NCBI GenBank assembly: GCA_963701965.1
Contig: OY969695.1
Coordinates: 4,960,001-5,024,000 of the forward strand
Length of the DNA stretch: 64,000 bases
Direction of reading: 5' to 3'
Source: an uncultured Gemmatimonadales bacterium
Lineage (GTDB): Bacteria > Gemmatimonadota > Gemmatimonadetes > Gemmatimonadales > Gemmatimonadaceae
Each line of letters starts with the position of its first letter. Position 1 is the stretch's first letter. The position numbers and the translations under genes were made by a program. Positions 1-10,832 of this stretch are shown here, one piece after another. The notes beneath the pieces are model-generated. The model was not told the DNA's origin, made no database searches, and saw only the letters and a list, made by a program, of their open reading frames with translations.

Positions 1-1314
1 CGCGACCCAGCCGACGCCGGGGCGGATCGTCGGGGAGCGATACGATAGCGCGGCGGGGATCACCGAGTGGACGCTGTCCAACGGCGCCCGGGTGATCCTC
101 AAACCGACGCAAAACGATCCGGACGACGTGCAGATGCGGGCCTGGAGTCCCGGCGGGTTCTCCCTGATGCCCGACTCGCTGTTCTTCACCCCGGGCCGGA
201 TGGTCGGGACGCGTGATGACGGACGTTGGGGGACTCGGCGCGACGACGCACAATGTGCTGGAGCGCCAGCTCTCCACGACCGGGCTGCGCGACATGCGAG
301 TCAACATCGGCTACGCCGATCAGACCATCCGGGTCGCTGGCTCGCCCAAGGAACTGGAGCTGCTCTTCCAGAATGCTGCACCTCCAGCTCACCGCACCGC
401 TCATCGACACCGCAGCGCTGTCGGGGTGGAAGAGTCTGGCCAAGTGGCAGTTGACGGGGACGTCGATCGACGACCAGCTGAGTCGGCAGCTCGCCCTGAA
501 CGATCCCCGGTTGCAGCCGGTGTCGACGAGCATCGCCGAGCTGGCCACGGTCGCCAATCTCATGGCTGCCTATCGGAACCGCTTCGGGAACCCGGCGGGG
601 TTCACGTTCACCATCGTCGGCGCGGTGAGCCCAGAGGAAGCGCGCCCGTTGGTGGAACGGTACGTGGCCAGCCTGCCAGGCACGGGGACGACCGAGCCCG
701 CGAAAGCCACGCATGAGCACTACGTGTCGCTCAACCGGGTGAAGGAGATCCTCCACGAGACGGAGCCGGAGAAGGCGGTGACGTTCCTGGTGTTCGACGG
801 CCTGTTCCCGCCGGCGCCGCAAGACTACCTGCGGGAGCGGCAGCGGCTCTCGGCGCTGACCCATGTGTTGGACGAGCGGTTGCGCACGAGACTCCGGCAA
901 GAGTTGAGCGGCACGTACTCGCCGTTCACCACCAGCGAGACGTACGCGTTGCCGGAGGAGCGGTACCGGGTGCTGATCGCGTTCGACGCGGCACCGGCGC
1001 GGATGTATGAGTTGAACTGGGCCATGATGCAGGTGGTGGACTCGCTGCGGACGCACGGGGTGAGCGAGGCCGAAGCGACGCGGGCGGCGACGGTGCAGCG
1101 GCGGCAGCTGGAGACGCGGCTCCAGGACAACAATTACTGGATGGGGACGATCGGAACGTATGTCCGTCTGGGGATCCCGCTGGACGCGGTCCCGGCGCCG
1201 TACGGCGATCATGCGGTGACCGCGGAGGAGATCCGCGAGGCCGCCCAGCACTATCTCCCCGCCGATGCCTATTACCGCCTCACCCTCGTGCCCGCGGACT
1301 CCACCTCGCAATAG
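1..1314 (+). CDS. M16 family (PqqL-like) zinc protease, C-terminal part; 5' truncated by window; two apparent frameshifts (~208, ~372)
   Basis: ITEWTLSNGARVILKPT, then ELELLFQ/MLHL, FTFTIVG and LRTRLRQELSGTYS are typical M16 second-half segments. They are spread over three frames (ORFs at 92, 213, 226). Confidence 0.8.
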
Positions 1315-1387
1315 GGGTATCGCGCCCCTCGCGAGTCATCATCACGGGGACGATCAGCGGTCCCCGTTATCCCACTCTCCGAGGCCC

Positions 1388-1786
1388 ATGGTGCGCTCCA
1401 CTCTCATTCCTCTCGCCGCGCTGTCTCTGTCGCTCGCCGCTTGCGCCACCGGCTCGCACGGGTCGGCGGCCGACCCCGCTCCCGCTCCCGCCGCGACGTC
1501 CAGCGATCAGTCGCAGCTCACGAGTGGCGAGATCACGGCCGCCAACCTGCCGACCGCGTACGACCTGGTCGATCGCCTGCGCCGCCCATGGCTGCGACGC
1601 GATGCGACAACGGGCGGGGACGTCGTGGTCTACCAGGACGACCGGAATATCGGGACGGCCGAAAAGCTGCGCGACATCCCCGCCGCCACTGTAAGCGCGA
1701 TGCGCTATCTGGCGAACGCCAATGCCGTCCGGCGCTACGGGAATGACGTCAAAGGTGGCGTCATCGTCGTCGTCGTTCGACGGTGA
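1388..1786 (+). CDS. lipoprotein with stand-alone TonB-dependent-receptor plug-like domain
   Basis: ATG 1388 after GAGG; lipobox LAAC; plug-like motifs AYDLVDRLRRPWL, LRDIPAATVSAMRYL and RYG..GGVIVV; no barrel. Confidence 0.7.
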   Translation: MVRSTLIPLAALSLSLAACATGSHGSAADPAPAPAATSSDQSQLTSGEITAANLPTAYDLVDRLRRPWLRRDATTGGDVVVYQDDRNIGTAEKLRDIPAATVSAMRYLANANAVRRYGNDVKGGVIVVVVRR

Positions 1787-2799
1787 GGGCAGGGTTGATC
1801 ATGCAATCCCGGAGCCGTGACGGTCTCCTCGAGGCCGCGGCACGGCTCCGTTCCGAAGTCGCCAAACGGATCGTGGGGCAGGAGCGGGTGGTCGAGGAAG
1901 TGCTCATGGCGATGTTGGCGGGGGGGCACGCGCTCCTCGTCGGCGTCCCGGGGCTGGCCAAGACGCTCATGATTCACTCGATCGCGGAAGCCATGCGCCT
2001 CGACTTCCGGCGGATCCAGTTCACGCCGGACTTGGTCCCCTCGGACATCACCGGCACGGAGATCCTCGAAGAGGACGCGAGTGGCACTCGCTCGTTCCGC
2101 TTCGTCCGGGGCCCGGTATTCGCCAATATCGTCCTGGCCGACGAGATCAACCGCACGCCCCCCCGCACGCAGGCCGCGCTGCTCGAGGCCATGCAGGAAC
2201 GCCGTGTGACCGCGGCCGGGGAGACGATGCCGCTCCCGCGGCCGTTCTTCGTCCTGGCGACCCAAAACCCGATCGAGCAAGAGGGGACCTACCCGCTGCC
2301 CGAGGCGCAGCTCGACCGGTTCCTGTTCGACATCCGGATCGGGTATCCGACGCGGGCCGAAGAGGTGGGGATCCTGCGCGCGACCACGGCGGTCGACACG
2401 ACGGAGCTCAAACCCGTCCTGGACGCCGAGGAGACGCTCGCCCTGCAGCTAGCGGTGCGCCAGATCCCGGCGGCGGATCCGGCGCTCGAATATGCGGCCT
2501 CGCTGGCGAGGGCCACGCGGCCGGATGATCCCGAGGCACCGCCCATTGTCAAGAAGCATGTGCGATGGGGCGCCGGGCCGAGAGCCGGACAAGCACTCAT
2601 CCTCGGCGCCAAAGCCCACGCGCTGCTGCAGGGGCGCCATGCGGTCTCACCCGAAGACATTCGTCGGGTGGTACATCCGGTGCTGCGGCATCGCGTACTG
2701 GTCAACTTCGCGGCCGAAGCGGAGGGTGTCACCACCGAACAGGTCGTGACCGCGCTGTTGGCGCACGTGCCACCGCCGTCGAGCGGCCTGTCGCTCTAG
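1783..2799 (+). CDS. moxR: MoxR family AAA+ ATPase
   Basis: Walker A GVPGLAKT, RIQFTPDLVPSDITG, Walker B VLADEINR, ATQNPIEQEGTYPLPEAQLDRF. Start may be ATG 1801. Confidence 0.95.
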   Translation: MRAGLIMQSRSRDGLLEAAARLRSEVAKRIVGQERVVEEVLMAMLAGGHALLVGVPGLAKTLMIHSIAEAMRLDFRRIQFTPDLVPSDITGTEILEEDASGTRSFRFVRGPVFANIVLADEINRTPPRTQAALLEAMQERRVTAAGETMPLPRPFFVLATQNPIEQEGTYPLPEAQLDRFLFDIRIGYPTRAEEVGILRATTAVDTTELKPVLDAEETLALQLAVRQIPAADPALEYAASLARATRPDDPEAPPIVKKHVRWGAGPRAGQALILGAKAHALLQGRHAVSPEDIRRVVHPVLRHRVLVNFAAEAEGVTTEQVVTALLAHVPPPSSGLSL

Positions 2800-2812
2800 C
2801 GGCGCGCCGGGC

Positions 2813-3703
2813 ATGTCGTACGCGACGTTCGCGCCGGTGCTGGATGCGATTCGCGGGCTGAGTTGGCCCGCGCGACGGCGGGCCAAGAGCGCCATGGCCG
2901 GGCCGCACATCTCGCGGACCCGGGGAACGACCGCGGAGGTCATCGAGTACCGCCCGTACCGCCAAGGGGACGACCCCAAGCGCATCGACTGGAAACTGGT
3001 TGCGCGTACCGATCGCGTGTACATCCGCCTCTCGGAGGAGCGGACGATCGTTCCGACGATGGTGGTGCTCGACGCCAGTGCCTCAATGGCGTTTCCGGCA
3101 CCGGCAAACGACAAGTGGGAGTTTGCCCGGATCCTGGGGATCGGACTCGCGGAGACCGCGCGCAGAAACGGGGATCCGGTCGGGATGATGGTGGTGCACG
3201 CGGATGGCACGCGCAGCGTGCCACCGCGATCCCGGCGGACGGTGCTGGAGGAGATGATGCACGCGGTCGCCATCGATCCCGCGGGATCGAGTCCCTTGCA
3301 CCCCGCGGTGACCGCGGCCACGCGGCACTGCGCGCGCCTCGTGATCATCGCCGACTTTCTGGGTGACGCGGACTCGGTCATCACGGCGGCCCGTGGGTTC
3401 CTGGCCGGGGGCGGGGACGTATACGCCGTGCACGTCGTGGACGGCGCGGAACTGGATCCGGATCCCAAGCATCGACTGCTCACCGATCCGGAGTTGCCGG
3501 ACCTGCGCCGGCCCATGCCGCCCCGGGCACGCGCCGAGTATATCCGGCGGTTTGCCGAGTGGCGCGATACGCTGGCGGCGGAGTGGAGGCATGCCGGGGC
3601 CACGTACACGATGGTTGTCCCTGGCGCCGAACCCATTCGTGGGACGATCCGCCGGCTCATCACGCCCGCCATCTCATCCGGCGCTGCGCGCATCCGCCCC
3701 TGA
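2813..3703 (+). CDS. DUF58 / vWA-domain protein (MoxR partner)
   Basis: EYRPYRQGDDPKRIDWK motif and MIDAS-like VLDASASM, directly after moxR. Confidence 0.92.
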   Translation: MSYATFAPVLDAIRGLSWPARRRAKSAMAGPHISRTRGTTAEVIEYRPYRQGDDPKRIDWKLVARTDRVYIRLSEERTIVPTMVVLDASASMAFPAPANDKWEFARILGIGLAETARRNGDPVGMMVVHADGTRSVPPRSRRTVLEEMMHAVAIDPAGSSPLHPAVTAATRHCARLVIIADFLGDADSVITAARGFLAGGGDVYAVHVVDGAELDPDPKHRLLTDPELPDLRRPMPPRARAEYIRRFAEWRDTLAAEWRHAGATYTMVVPGAEPIRGTIRRLITPAISSGAARIRP

Positions 3704-4959
3704 CGTTCCTCGCCCCGGTCTTCTTCGTCGCCGGTCTCGGCGTCGCCGCGCTGGCGTTGGCGCTGCACTTCATCGTCACGCGCCAGCCGACGTCCAGTGT
3801 GTTTCCCACTGTGCGATTCGTACCGATCGACTCGGTGCGGATCACGACGATCGCGGCCCCGGAAGACCTGCTAGTGCTCCTGGTGCGGGCGCTGACCGCG
3901 ATCCTGATCGGCGCGGCTCTGGCGCGACCTATTGTGACGCCCTCGCGGCGCCCGGTCGCCCGGATCGTCCTCGCCAATGCGTCGAGCGCGACCCGGAACA
4001 TCGCGGAGCTGCGCGACTCCGTGCGGGCGCTCCTCGCTCCTGGCGACGTGCTGGTGCCGTTCGACAGCGCCGCGCACGCCATACGGCGTGCGGCGGCGGA
4101 TTCGGCGCCGAGGCTCACGCAGTCGGACCGTGATGGTCGCCTGTCGCCGGCGCTGATCGCAGCGCTGCGCGCCGCGTCCGCGATCCGGCATGAGGCCGAC
4201 TCGATCGAGCTGATCATTGTCTCGCCGCTGCTCGCTCGGGAGATCGATGGGGCAACGGCCGGGATTCGGGCGCTGTGGCCGGGTCGCGTGCGCCTCGTGC
4301 GCGTGGCGGCGGATCGCGACTCCAGCGGAATGTCCCAAGGGCTGACCGTCATCGCTGACGGCAATGACGCGGTGCGGGTCGCGGCCGTGGCGGCAGGGAT
4401 GGCGACGACGGACACCGGTGTCCGCATCGCGCGGGGAGTCGCGGTGGCGAGTGATAGTGTGTGGGCCGCCCAAGGCCGGCGGACACTCGTGCGATGGCCC
4501 GTGCGCGATGCGCCGCCGGGCTGGGTGTCGCGGCGCGTCGTGGACACCGTGGGTGCGGTCGTCGCCGGAGAGGCGGCGCTCGTCTTCCCGTTCGAGCGGC
4601 GGTGGCGGCCAAACCCGACGATGCGCGTGGTCGCGCGCTGGGTGGACGGGGAGCCGGCCGCCATCGAGCAACGCGTTGGTCTGGGGTGCATGCGGGATGT
4701 TGCGATTCCCGTGCCGACGCGGGGGGATCTGGTGCTGCGGCCGGCCTTTGGTCGCTTTCTCCGCGCGCTCGCCGCGCCCTGTCGCGCCGCGTCGCGCGGG
4801 CTCACCGTGGGGCCGGAGCAGCTCGGGTTGCTCAGCGGCGGCGGAAGACTGGCGGCGAGCCGCACGATTCCCGCGCCCGACGTGGTGGCGACGCCGCTCG
4901 TGCCCTGGCTCCTGGCTGCAGCACTCTTCATGGCCTTGCTGGAGATCTTCATCCGGTGA
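3700..4959 (+). CDS. BatA-domain membrane protein with degenerate vWA region
   Basis: N-terminus (M)TFLAP...ALHF...FPTVRFV is the BatA motif. Inferred CTG start overlaps the DUF58 stop; C-terminal TM helix. Confidence 0.8.
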   Translation: MTFLAPVFFVAGLGVAALALALHFIVTRQPTSSVFPTVRFVPIDSVRITTIAAPEDLLVLLVRALTAILIGAALARPIVTPSRRPVARIVLANASSATRNIAELRDSVRALLAPGDVLVPFDSAAHAIRRAAADSAPRLTQSDRDGRLSPALIAALRAASAIRHEADSIELIIVSPLLAREIDGATAGIRALWPGRVRLVRVAADRDSSGMSQGLTVIADGNDAVRVAAVAAGMATTDTGVRIARGVAVASDSVWAAQGRRTLVRWPVRDAPPGWVSRRVVDTVGAVVAGEAALVFPFERRWRPNPTMRVVARWVDGEPAAIEQRVGLGCMRDVAIPVPTRGDLVLRPAFGRFLRALAAPCRAASRGLTVGPEQLGLLSGGGRLAASRTIPAPDVVATPLVPWLLAAALFMALLEIFIR

Positions 4960-6874
4960 CGCTCGCGGGTCGCGTGCGGCGAGCGCGCCAGCGGCTCGTG
5001 GGCGCCGTGCTCGTGGCGGCCGTGCTCTGGCCGTCTCGGGCGCGATCGTCGTCATCCTCGTCGCCGCCAGCGCGAACGCGATGGGGTGGCCTATCCCATC
5101 CGACGGGATCGTCCCGATCGCCGTCGGGGCGGCACTGGTGGCGGCCGCCGTCGTCCTGTGGCGCGGGCGCGCCGCGCGGTCGGTCGAGCGCGTCGCGCTG
5201 TGGATCGAGGAGCGAGATCCGCGACTCCAGTATGCGCTCATCACGGGGATCGACGCGGGGCTCGCGCCGGTCGACCAACACGCCGAGCTCCATGCGGCGG
5301 CCGACAAGGCGGATATCGAAGGCGTCGTTGGGCGCGCGGCAAGGCGTCTGCTCGCGCGCGCCGGCGCGGCATGCGTGCTGTCGCTGATTGCCTTAGGTCT
5401 CGCGTGGCCCCGCGCCCTGTTCAAGGCCACGTCGGCGCGTCGCCCGACGACGGGCGCCGAGATCGCCAACAGACTCACCAGGGTCACGGCGCGCGTCGTG
5501 CCTCCGGCGTACAGCCGATTGCCCGACCACACGATCGCCGAACCGAGCAATGTCGAGGCACTGATCGGAAGCGCCGTCATGCTGACGGGGAGGGGGACGG
5601 CCGACGGCGTGATGGCCAACGTAGACGGTTTGTCCAAGGACGCTCAGGCCGACCATGGCGGGTGGACCATTGGGGTCACCATGCCCAAGGCCCCCGCGGT
5701 CCTCGAACTGCGCGACCGGAATTTCAAGCGCCTGGTGGCGCTACAGCCGGTCGTGGACTCGGCGCCCGTCGTGAAACTCGCCCTGCCGCTGCACGACACC
5801 ACGTATCAGACCGTGCCCAGAGGGAAGCTCGCCGTGGAGGCCGGGCTCACCGACGACGTCGGGCTCGCGTACGGGTACGTCGAGTACATGCTATCGACCG
5901 GCTCGGAAGAGAACTTCGAGACCGAGCAGGTCACTGGGCGAAAGGTCGCCTACGACAATGCGCGACAGGGAACACTCCGCGAGTCGATCGATCTCGACAC
6001 ATTAGGGCTCAAACCCGGCAGTGTCCTCCATATTCGTGTCGTGGCGTTCGACTACAACAATGTGACCGGGCCGGGGAAGGGCGTCTCGGAGACGCGCACC
6101 CTCCGCATCGCCGAGCCGGTCGACTCGGCGTCGATCAACGCGGCGCCGCCGTTGCCCATCGACTCAATGTGGATCAGCCAGCGGCTGCTGAACATGAAGA
6201 CCGACACCCTGATCCAGCATCGGCGCGTGCTCCAGCAGCCAGCCCTCGTGCACACGTCGACTGCGTACAGCAACGCGCAGGAGGACATCCGGCAACGCGC
6301 ATTGCTGGTCATCGCCGAGCTCGAGGACAACGGCGTGGGAGGTTCCTTCGCGACCGATGCCAGCAAGATGCTGCGCACTGCCGTGGACCTCATGTGGACG
6401 GCCCGCGAGGACCTCGCCGTGACGCACCCCGACTCGGCCATGCCGCCCATGAAGAAGATCCTGGCGATTCTCGACGAGTTGCGCCTCGCGCACCGGTACT
6501 ACCTGCGCGGACTCCTGCGACCCGTCGCCGTCAACACCGAACGCGTGCGCATGACCGGGAAGGACAGCGTCGCCATCGGCACCCGCACTGCAAGAATGCC
6601 AATCGGCAATGTAAACGCATCCCTGGCGGCCCGCATCGCCGCGGCGGCGGCACTGGCGCACCGCACGCCCGCCGCGGCCGCCGACTCGCTCACCTTCATT
6701 CGCGTGGCCGCGCTGTCGACCGCGCCAACCGTCGGGAACGCGCTGGGCCTGGCGATCGATCGGCTGCGCCGGGGCGAAGCGGCCGACAGCGCGTTGACTC
6801 AGGTGCGGCGTGCGCTCGCGCCGCGGGCGAGCGTCGTCGGCGCCCGAGCGCCGTGGGGCGGCGTCGTCCCATGA
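4956..6874 (+). CDS. large membrane-anchored protein of MoxR clusters (DUF4175-like); apparent 1-nt deletion near 5030
   Basis: GTG 4956 gives [25 protein letters not shown], continuing in the frame of ORF 4364..6874 with TM helices, IEERDPRLQYALIT, VVPPAYS, DDVGL and a helical C-terminus. Confidence 0.65.
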
Positions 6875-7482
6875 GTCAGTTCGTGTTCGCCACCGCGGAG
6901 TATGCCTCGGGTGACTGGGAAAGCGCGCCGTCGCTTCCCGAAGCGGTCATCAATGCCGTGGCCAAGTACACGACGATTGACGTCGCGCCCGTCGGTGTGG
7001 TGGTCAAGATCTCGTCCCAAGATCTGTTCAATTACCCGTTCGTGTGGTTGACCGGGCATCTCCCGGTGCGATTCACGGATCAGGAGCGGCGAAACATCAA
7101 GCGGTTCGTGGAACGCGGCGGGCTGATCATGATCGACGACCACAATCACGACATCACGGGCGTGTTCCACAAGACCGCCACCGAGGAGATCGAGCGCATG
7201 TTCGGCAAGATGACCCGGTTGCCGAAGACGCATGAGCTCTATCGCTGCTTCTTCGAGTTCCCGGACGGTCCGCCGAACACGCACCACGAGCTCAATGGGT
7301 ATGGCGACGACCTGCTGCACGCGTACCTCGACGCGGTACTCGTGCGCGATCGCATTGGGCTTATCTACAGCAGCAAAGACTACAGCTCCGAATGGAACTT
7401 CCACGCGGAGACGAAAAAGTTCATGCAGCAGGATCCCACGAAGTTCGCGGTGAATCTGATCGTATATGCGCTCACGCGCTGA
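6871..7482 (+). CDS. DUF4159 domain protein
   Basis: ATG 6871; YASGDW, YPFVWLTGH, FVERGGLIMIDDH, AVNLIVYALT. Confidence 0.88.
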   Translation: MSQFVFATAEYASGDWESAPSLPEAVINAVAKYTTIDVAPVGVVVKISSQDLFNYPFVWLTGHLPVRFTDQERRNIKRFVERGGLIMIDDHNHDITGVFHKTATEEIERMFGKMTRLPKTHELYRCFFEFPDGPPNTHHELNGYGDDLLHAYLDAVLVRDRIGLIYSSKDYSSEWNFHAETKKFMQQDPTKFAVNLIVYALTR

Positions 7483-8725
7483 GCACCTCCTGCGAATCGT
7501 GGCGATCGGGACGCTCGCCTGGTATCTCGCCTACGTGCTGCGGGAGCGCCGGCGGGGTGTCGACGAGGCGGCCGCGTCGGCCGGCCTGCATGCAGCGCTC
7601 GCGCGCTGGAGCACCGTGACGGCCCCCGCGCGGGTGCACGTCGACTTGGCGCACCCGCCCGATGGACAGGAACGCGACTGGCTCGCGGCCTTGGGCGGTG
7701 CCGGTACGGAAGTCGGGTGGAGTGGGACGACGCTGGCGCCGACGGCCATCGAGGAGGAGCCCCGGGCGGACCCGGCGCGGAGCGTTGACGTCGGAGTGGC
7801 GGCGCCGCAGGGCGCGATGGTGACGCTCTCCGATACGCTCGGCGTGCTTGACAGCGCGCGAGCCAGCGCCACGGGCGTGTCAGCGCATGTGCCGGGATCT
7901 CCTCCCAGGGTCGACGTCCGGGTAGGACCCGTCGTCGCCCGCGCCGCGCTGCACGATTCGCTTGCGCTACGGGAACTACTCGTGCTGGGCGCCGCGACCT
8001 GGGAGACCAAGTTCACCGTGGCAGCGCTCGAGGAACGCGGCTGGAAAGTCGACGCGCAGGTCGCGCTCTCGCCGAAACGTACGGTGCGCCAAGGAGCGAT
8101 TCCCGAGATCGACACGGCGCGATATTCGGCGGTGCTGGCGATCGACAGCACGGCGGTCCCGTACCGGGACCGCATCGTGCGCTTCGTACGCTCCGGTGGG
8201 GGCCTGGTGCTGTGGTCGCAAGCGGCAACGGCGTTCGCGGCGATCGCGCCAGGGCTGGGTGGGACGCTAGTAGAAGATGATGGGGCGGCTCCAGCCGACA
8301 GCGCTCCCCGCCGCGCGGTCGGTCTGATGCCCATCGTGGGACTGGCATCGGACGACGTGGTCACCGAGCGCCGAGGCGATTTGGTGAGCGTCGCGGCCCG
8401 ACGGGTTGGCTTGGGCCGAGTGATCGAGACCGGCTATACGACGTCCTGGCAATGGCGGATGGCAGGCGGAGACGATGCGCCCGACCGGCATCGGGCCTGG
8501 CTGGCCGGTCTCGTAGCCGGCGTGGCGTACACGGGTCGGTCGGCCATCGCGGCGGCGCCCACGGACGTCGCGCCCCTCGCCTCGCTCATCGATCACCTCG
8601 GCCCGGCGTCGATCGGCCACGGTGGGATGGATACTCCCGACCATCTGGCGTGGTGGGTGCTTGGGATCCTCGCCGTAGCGCTCGTGGTCGAGTGGGCATC
8701 GCGACGCATGCGTGGCGTGAAATAA
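7466..8725 (+). CDS. membrane protein with class I glutamine-amidotransferase-like domain (MoxR cluster)
   Basis: N- and C-terminal TM helices; WETKF, FVRSGGGLVL, GLGRV...SWQWRM and EWASRRMRG are typical of the last gene of such clusters. Confidence 0.65.
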   Translation: MRSRAEHLLRIVAIGTLAWYLAYVLRERRRGVDEAAASAGLHAALARWSTVTAPARVHVDLAHPPDGQERDWLAALGGAGTEVGWSGTTLAPTAIEEEPRADPARSVDVGVAAPQGAMVTLSDTLGVLDSARASATGVSAHVPGSPPRVDVRVGPVVARAALHDSLALRELLVLGAATWETKFTVAALEERGWKVDAQVALSPKRTVRQGAIPEIDTARYSAVLAIDSTAVPYRDRIVRFVRSGGGLVLWSQAATAFAAIAPGLGGTLVEDDGAAPADSAPRRAVGLMPIVGLASDDVVTERRGDLVSVAARRVGLGRVIETGYTTSWQWRMAGGDDAPDRHRAWLAGLVAGVAYTGRSAIAAAPTDVAPLASLIDHLGPASIGHGGMDTPDHLAWWVLGILAVALVVEWASRRMRGVK

Positions 8726-8749
8726 ATGCCTGGTCGCATCATACAGGAT

Positions 8750-9376
8750 ATGAGCGCCGACTCTCCCGTCCTGCAAGGCAGGCATGTTCGCCTCGAGCCG
8801 CTCGAGCGTCGTCACGTGGACGGCCTGGTCGCCGCCTCGACCGGCGATCCGAGCTTCTACCGCTGGAGTCCTGTGCCATCTGGCGTGGATCAGGCGACGA
8901 TCTACGTCGACGCCGCCCTGAACCAGCGGAGCGCCGGCACTGGACTCCCATTCGCCATCATCCGCGCGAGCGATGATGTCGTCATCGGCTGCTCGCGCTT
9001 CTTCGAGATCGAGCGCTGGGCCTGGCCGGAGGGGCATCCGTCCCATCGCCGGAACGGACCGGATGCCTGTGAGATCGGATACACGTGGTTCACGCACTCG
9101 GCAATCCGGACCGGCGCCAACACCGAGGCGAAATTCCTCATGTTGACGTACGCGTTCGAGACGTGGCGCGTCCTCAGGGTCTGTTTCCATACGGACGTCC
9201 GGAACGAACGCTCCCGCGCGGCACTCGAGCGCATTGGCGGACGCTTCGAGGGGATCCTGCGTTCGCATCGGATGGCGGCGGACTACATCGCGCGCGATTC
9301 GGCGCGATTCTCGATCGTGGCGTCGGAGTGGGCGGCGGTCAAGGAGCGACTGGAAGGGCTGATGCGCGCGCAGTAG
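8750..9376 (+). CDS. GNAT family (RimJ/RimL-like) N-acetyltransferase
   Basis: LQGRHVRLEPL, EIGYTW, NTEAKFLMLTYAFE, NERSRAALERIG, EGILR. Alternative start 8726. Confidence 0.9.
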   Translation: MSADSPVLQGRHVRLEPLERRHVDGLVAASTGDPSFYRWSPVPSGVDQATIYVDAALNQRSAGTGLPFAIIRASDDVVIGCSRFFEIERWAWPEGHPSHRRNGPDACEIGYTWFTHSAIRTGANTEAKFLMLTYAFETWRVLRVCFHTDVRNERSRAALERIGGRFEGILRSHRMAADYIARDSARFSIVASEWAAVKERLEGLMRAQ

Positions 9377-9415
9377 CAAATAGGGGAAACCGGCCCGTCG
9401 TCGGTCTATCCATAC

Positions 9416-10804
9416 GTGCCTCGCCTCACGCTGTCATCGTCCGCCGTCCGCCGCGCGCTGCCCCCGCGGGCGCGGCAGCGATACCCCGGTGAGTTTCTCG
9501 CGCTCCTGGCCAGCGATCACCTGGCCCTGTTTCGCCGCCTGTCGGAGCGGCACGACGTGGCGCGCACCTGTATCGGTCCGCAGCGGCTCGCGCTCCTCAG
9601 CCATCCCGACGACATCCAGCGGCTGCTGGTGACCGACCAGCGGGCGTTCGCCAAAGGGCGGGCGCTCGATCGGGTCAAGCTGTTGCTCGGCGAAGGACTG
9701 CTGACCAACGAGGGCGCGAGCCATCTCCGCCAGCGCCGACTCATCCAGCCCGCGTTCCATCGCGAACGCATCGCGGGCTACGGCGCGATCATGGCTGACT
9801 ACGCCGCGCGGACGACGACCAGTTGGCGGGACGGCGCGGCCCTCGACGTACACGAGGCGATGATGACGCTCACGCGCGACATCGCCGGGAAAACGCTGTT
9901 CGATCTCGACGTCGGCAATGATCCGGGGGGCGTCAGTGACGCTATTACGCTCTCGCTCCGCCTCTATCGGTGGGCCGTGCTGCCGTTCGGCGAGCTCACG
10001 GAGTACATGCCGCTGCCCTTTGTGCGACGCGTGCAACGGGCGCGGGCCCGACTCAATGACTGGCTCGCGGCCACGATCCAGGAGCGGCGCCGCGCGCAGG
10101 TGGATCGCGGCGACCTCCTCTCCATGCTGATCCGGACCCGCGACGAGGAGACCGACAGCGAAGGCATGACGGACAAGCAACTCCGCGACGAGGTCGTGAC
10201 GTTGTTCGTCGCGGGACACGAGACCACGGCGGTCGCGCTGAGCTGGACGTGGTACCTGCTGTCGCAACATCCGGCGGTCGAGGCCACGCTGCACGCGGAG
10301 CTCGACCGGGTGCTGGGCGGTGCCCGGCCCGGAGTGGACGACGTTCCCCGGCTGCCGTACACCCGAATGGTGCTGGCCGAGGCGTTCCGCCTCTATCCGC
10401 CCGCCTGGATCATGGAACGGCGGGCGCTGCGCGATGTGGAGTTTCAGGGATACCGGATCCCCGCCGGCTCCCTCGTGTTCGCCAGCCAGTACCTCGTGCA
10501 CCGCGACCGCCGCTGGTATGAGCAGCCGGATCGGTTCGATCCGGAACGCTGGCGTCCCGAGCGCGCCGGATCGCGCCCCAAGTTCTCGTACTTTCCTTTT
10601 GGCGGCGGCACGCGCGTCTGCGTCGGAGAGCAGTTCGCGTGGATGGAAGGCATCCTGATCCTGGCCACGATCGCCCAGCAGTGGCGCCTCCGCCACGAGC
10701 CAGGCCACGAAGTGGCGCTCGAACCCCTGGTCACGCTCCGCCCGAAATACGGCATGCGCATGATTTTGAACCGGCGGCTACCCGCCGCTCCAGCCTATCG
10801 ATAA
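9416..10804 (+). CDS. cytochrome P450
   Basis: I-helix AGHETT, ExxR (EAFR), PERW, heme motif FGGGTRVCVG. Confidence 0.97.
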   Translation: MPRLTLSSSAVRRALPPRARQRYPGEFLALLASDHLALFRRLSERHDVARTCIGPQRLALLSHPDDIQRLLVTDQRAFAKGRALDRVKLLLGEGLLTNEGASHLRQRRLIQPAFHRERIAGYGAIMADYAARTTTSWRDGAALDVHEAMMTLTRDIAGKTLFDLDVGNDPGGVSDAITLSLRLYRWAVLPFGELTEYMPLPFVRRVQRARARLNDWLAATIQERRRAQVDRGDLLSMLIRTRDEETDSEGMTDKQLRDEVVTLFVAGHETTAVALSWTWYLLSQHPAVEATLHAELDRVLGGARPGVDDVPRLPYTRMVLAEAFRLYPPAWIMERRALRDVEFQGYRIPAGSLVFASQYLVHRDRRWYEQPDRFDPERWRPERAGSRPKFSYFPFGGGTRVCVGEQFAWMEGILILATIAQQWRLRHEPGHEVALEPLVTLRPKYGMRMILNRRLPAAPAYR

Positions 10805-10832
10805 GACTAGGATCAAGCTCAACAATCCCGCC

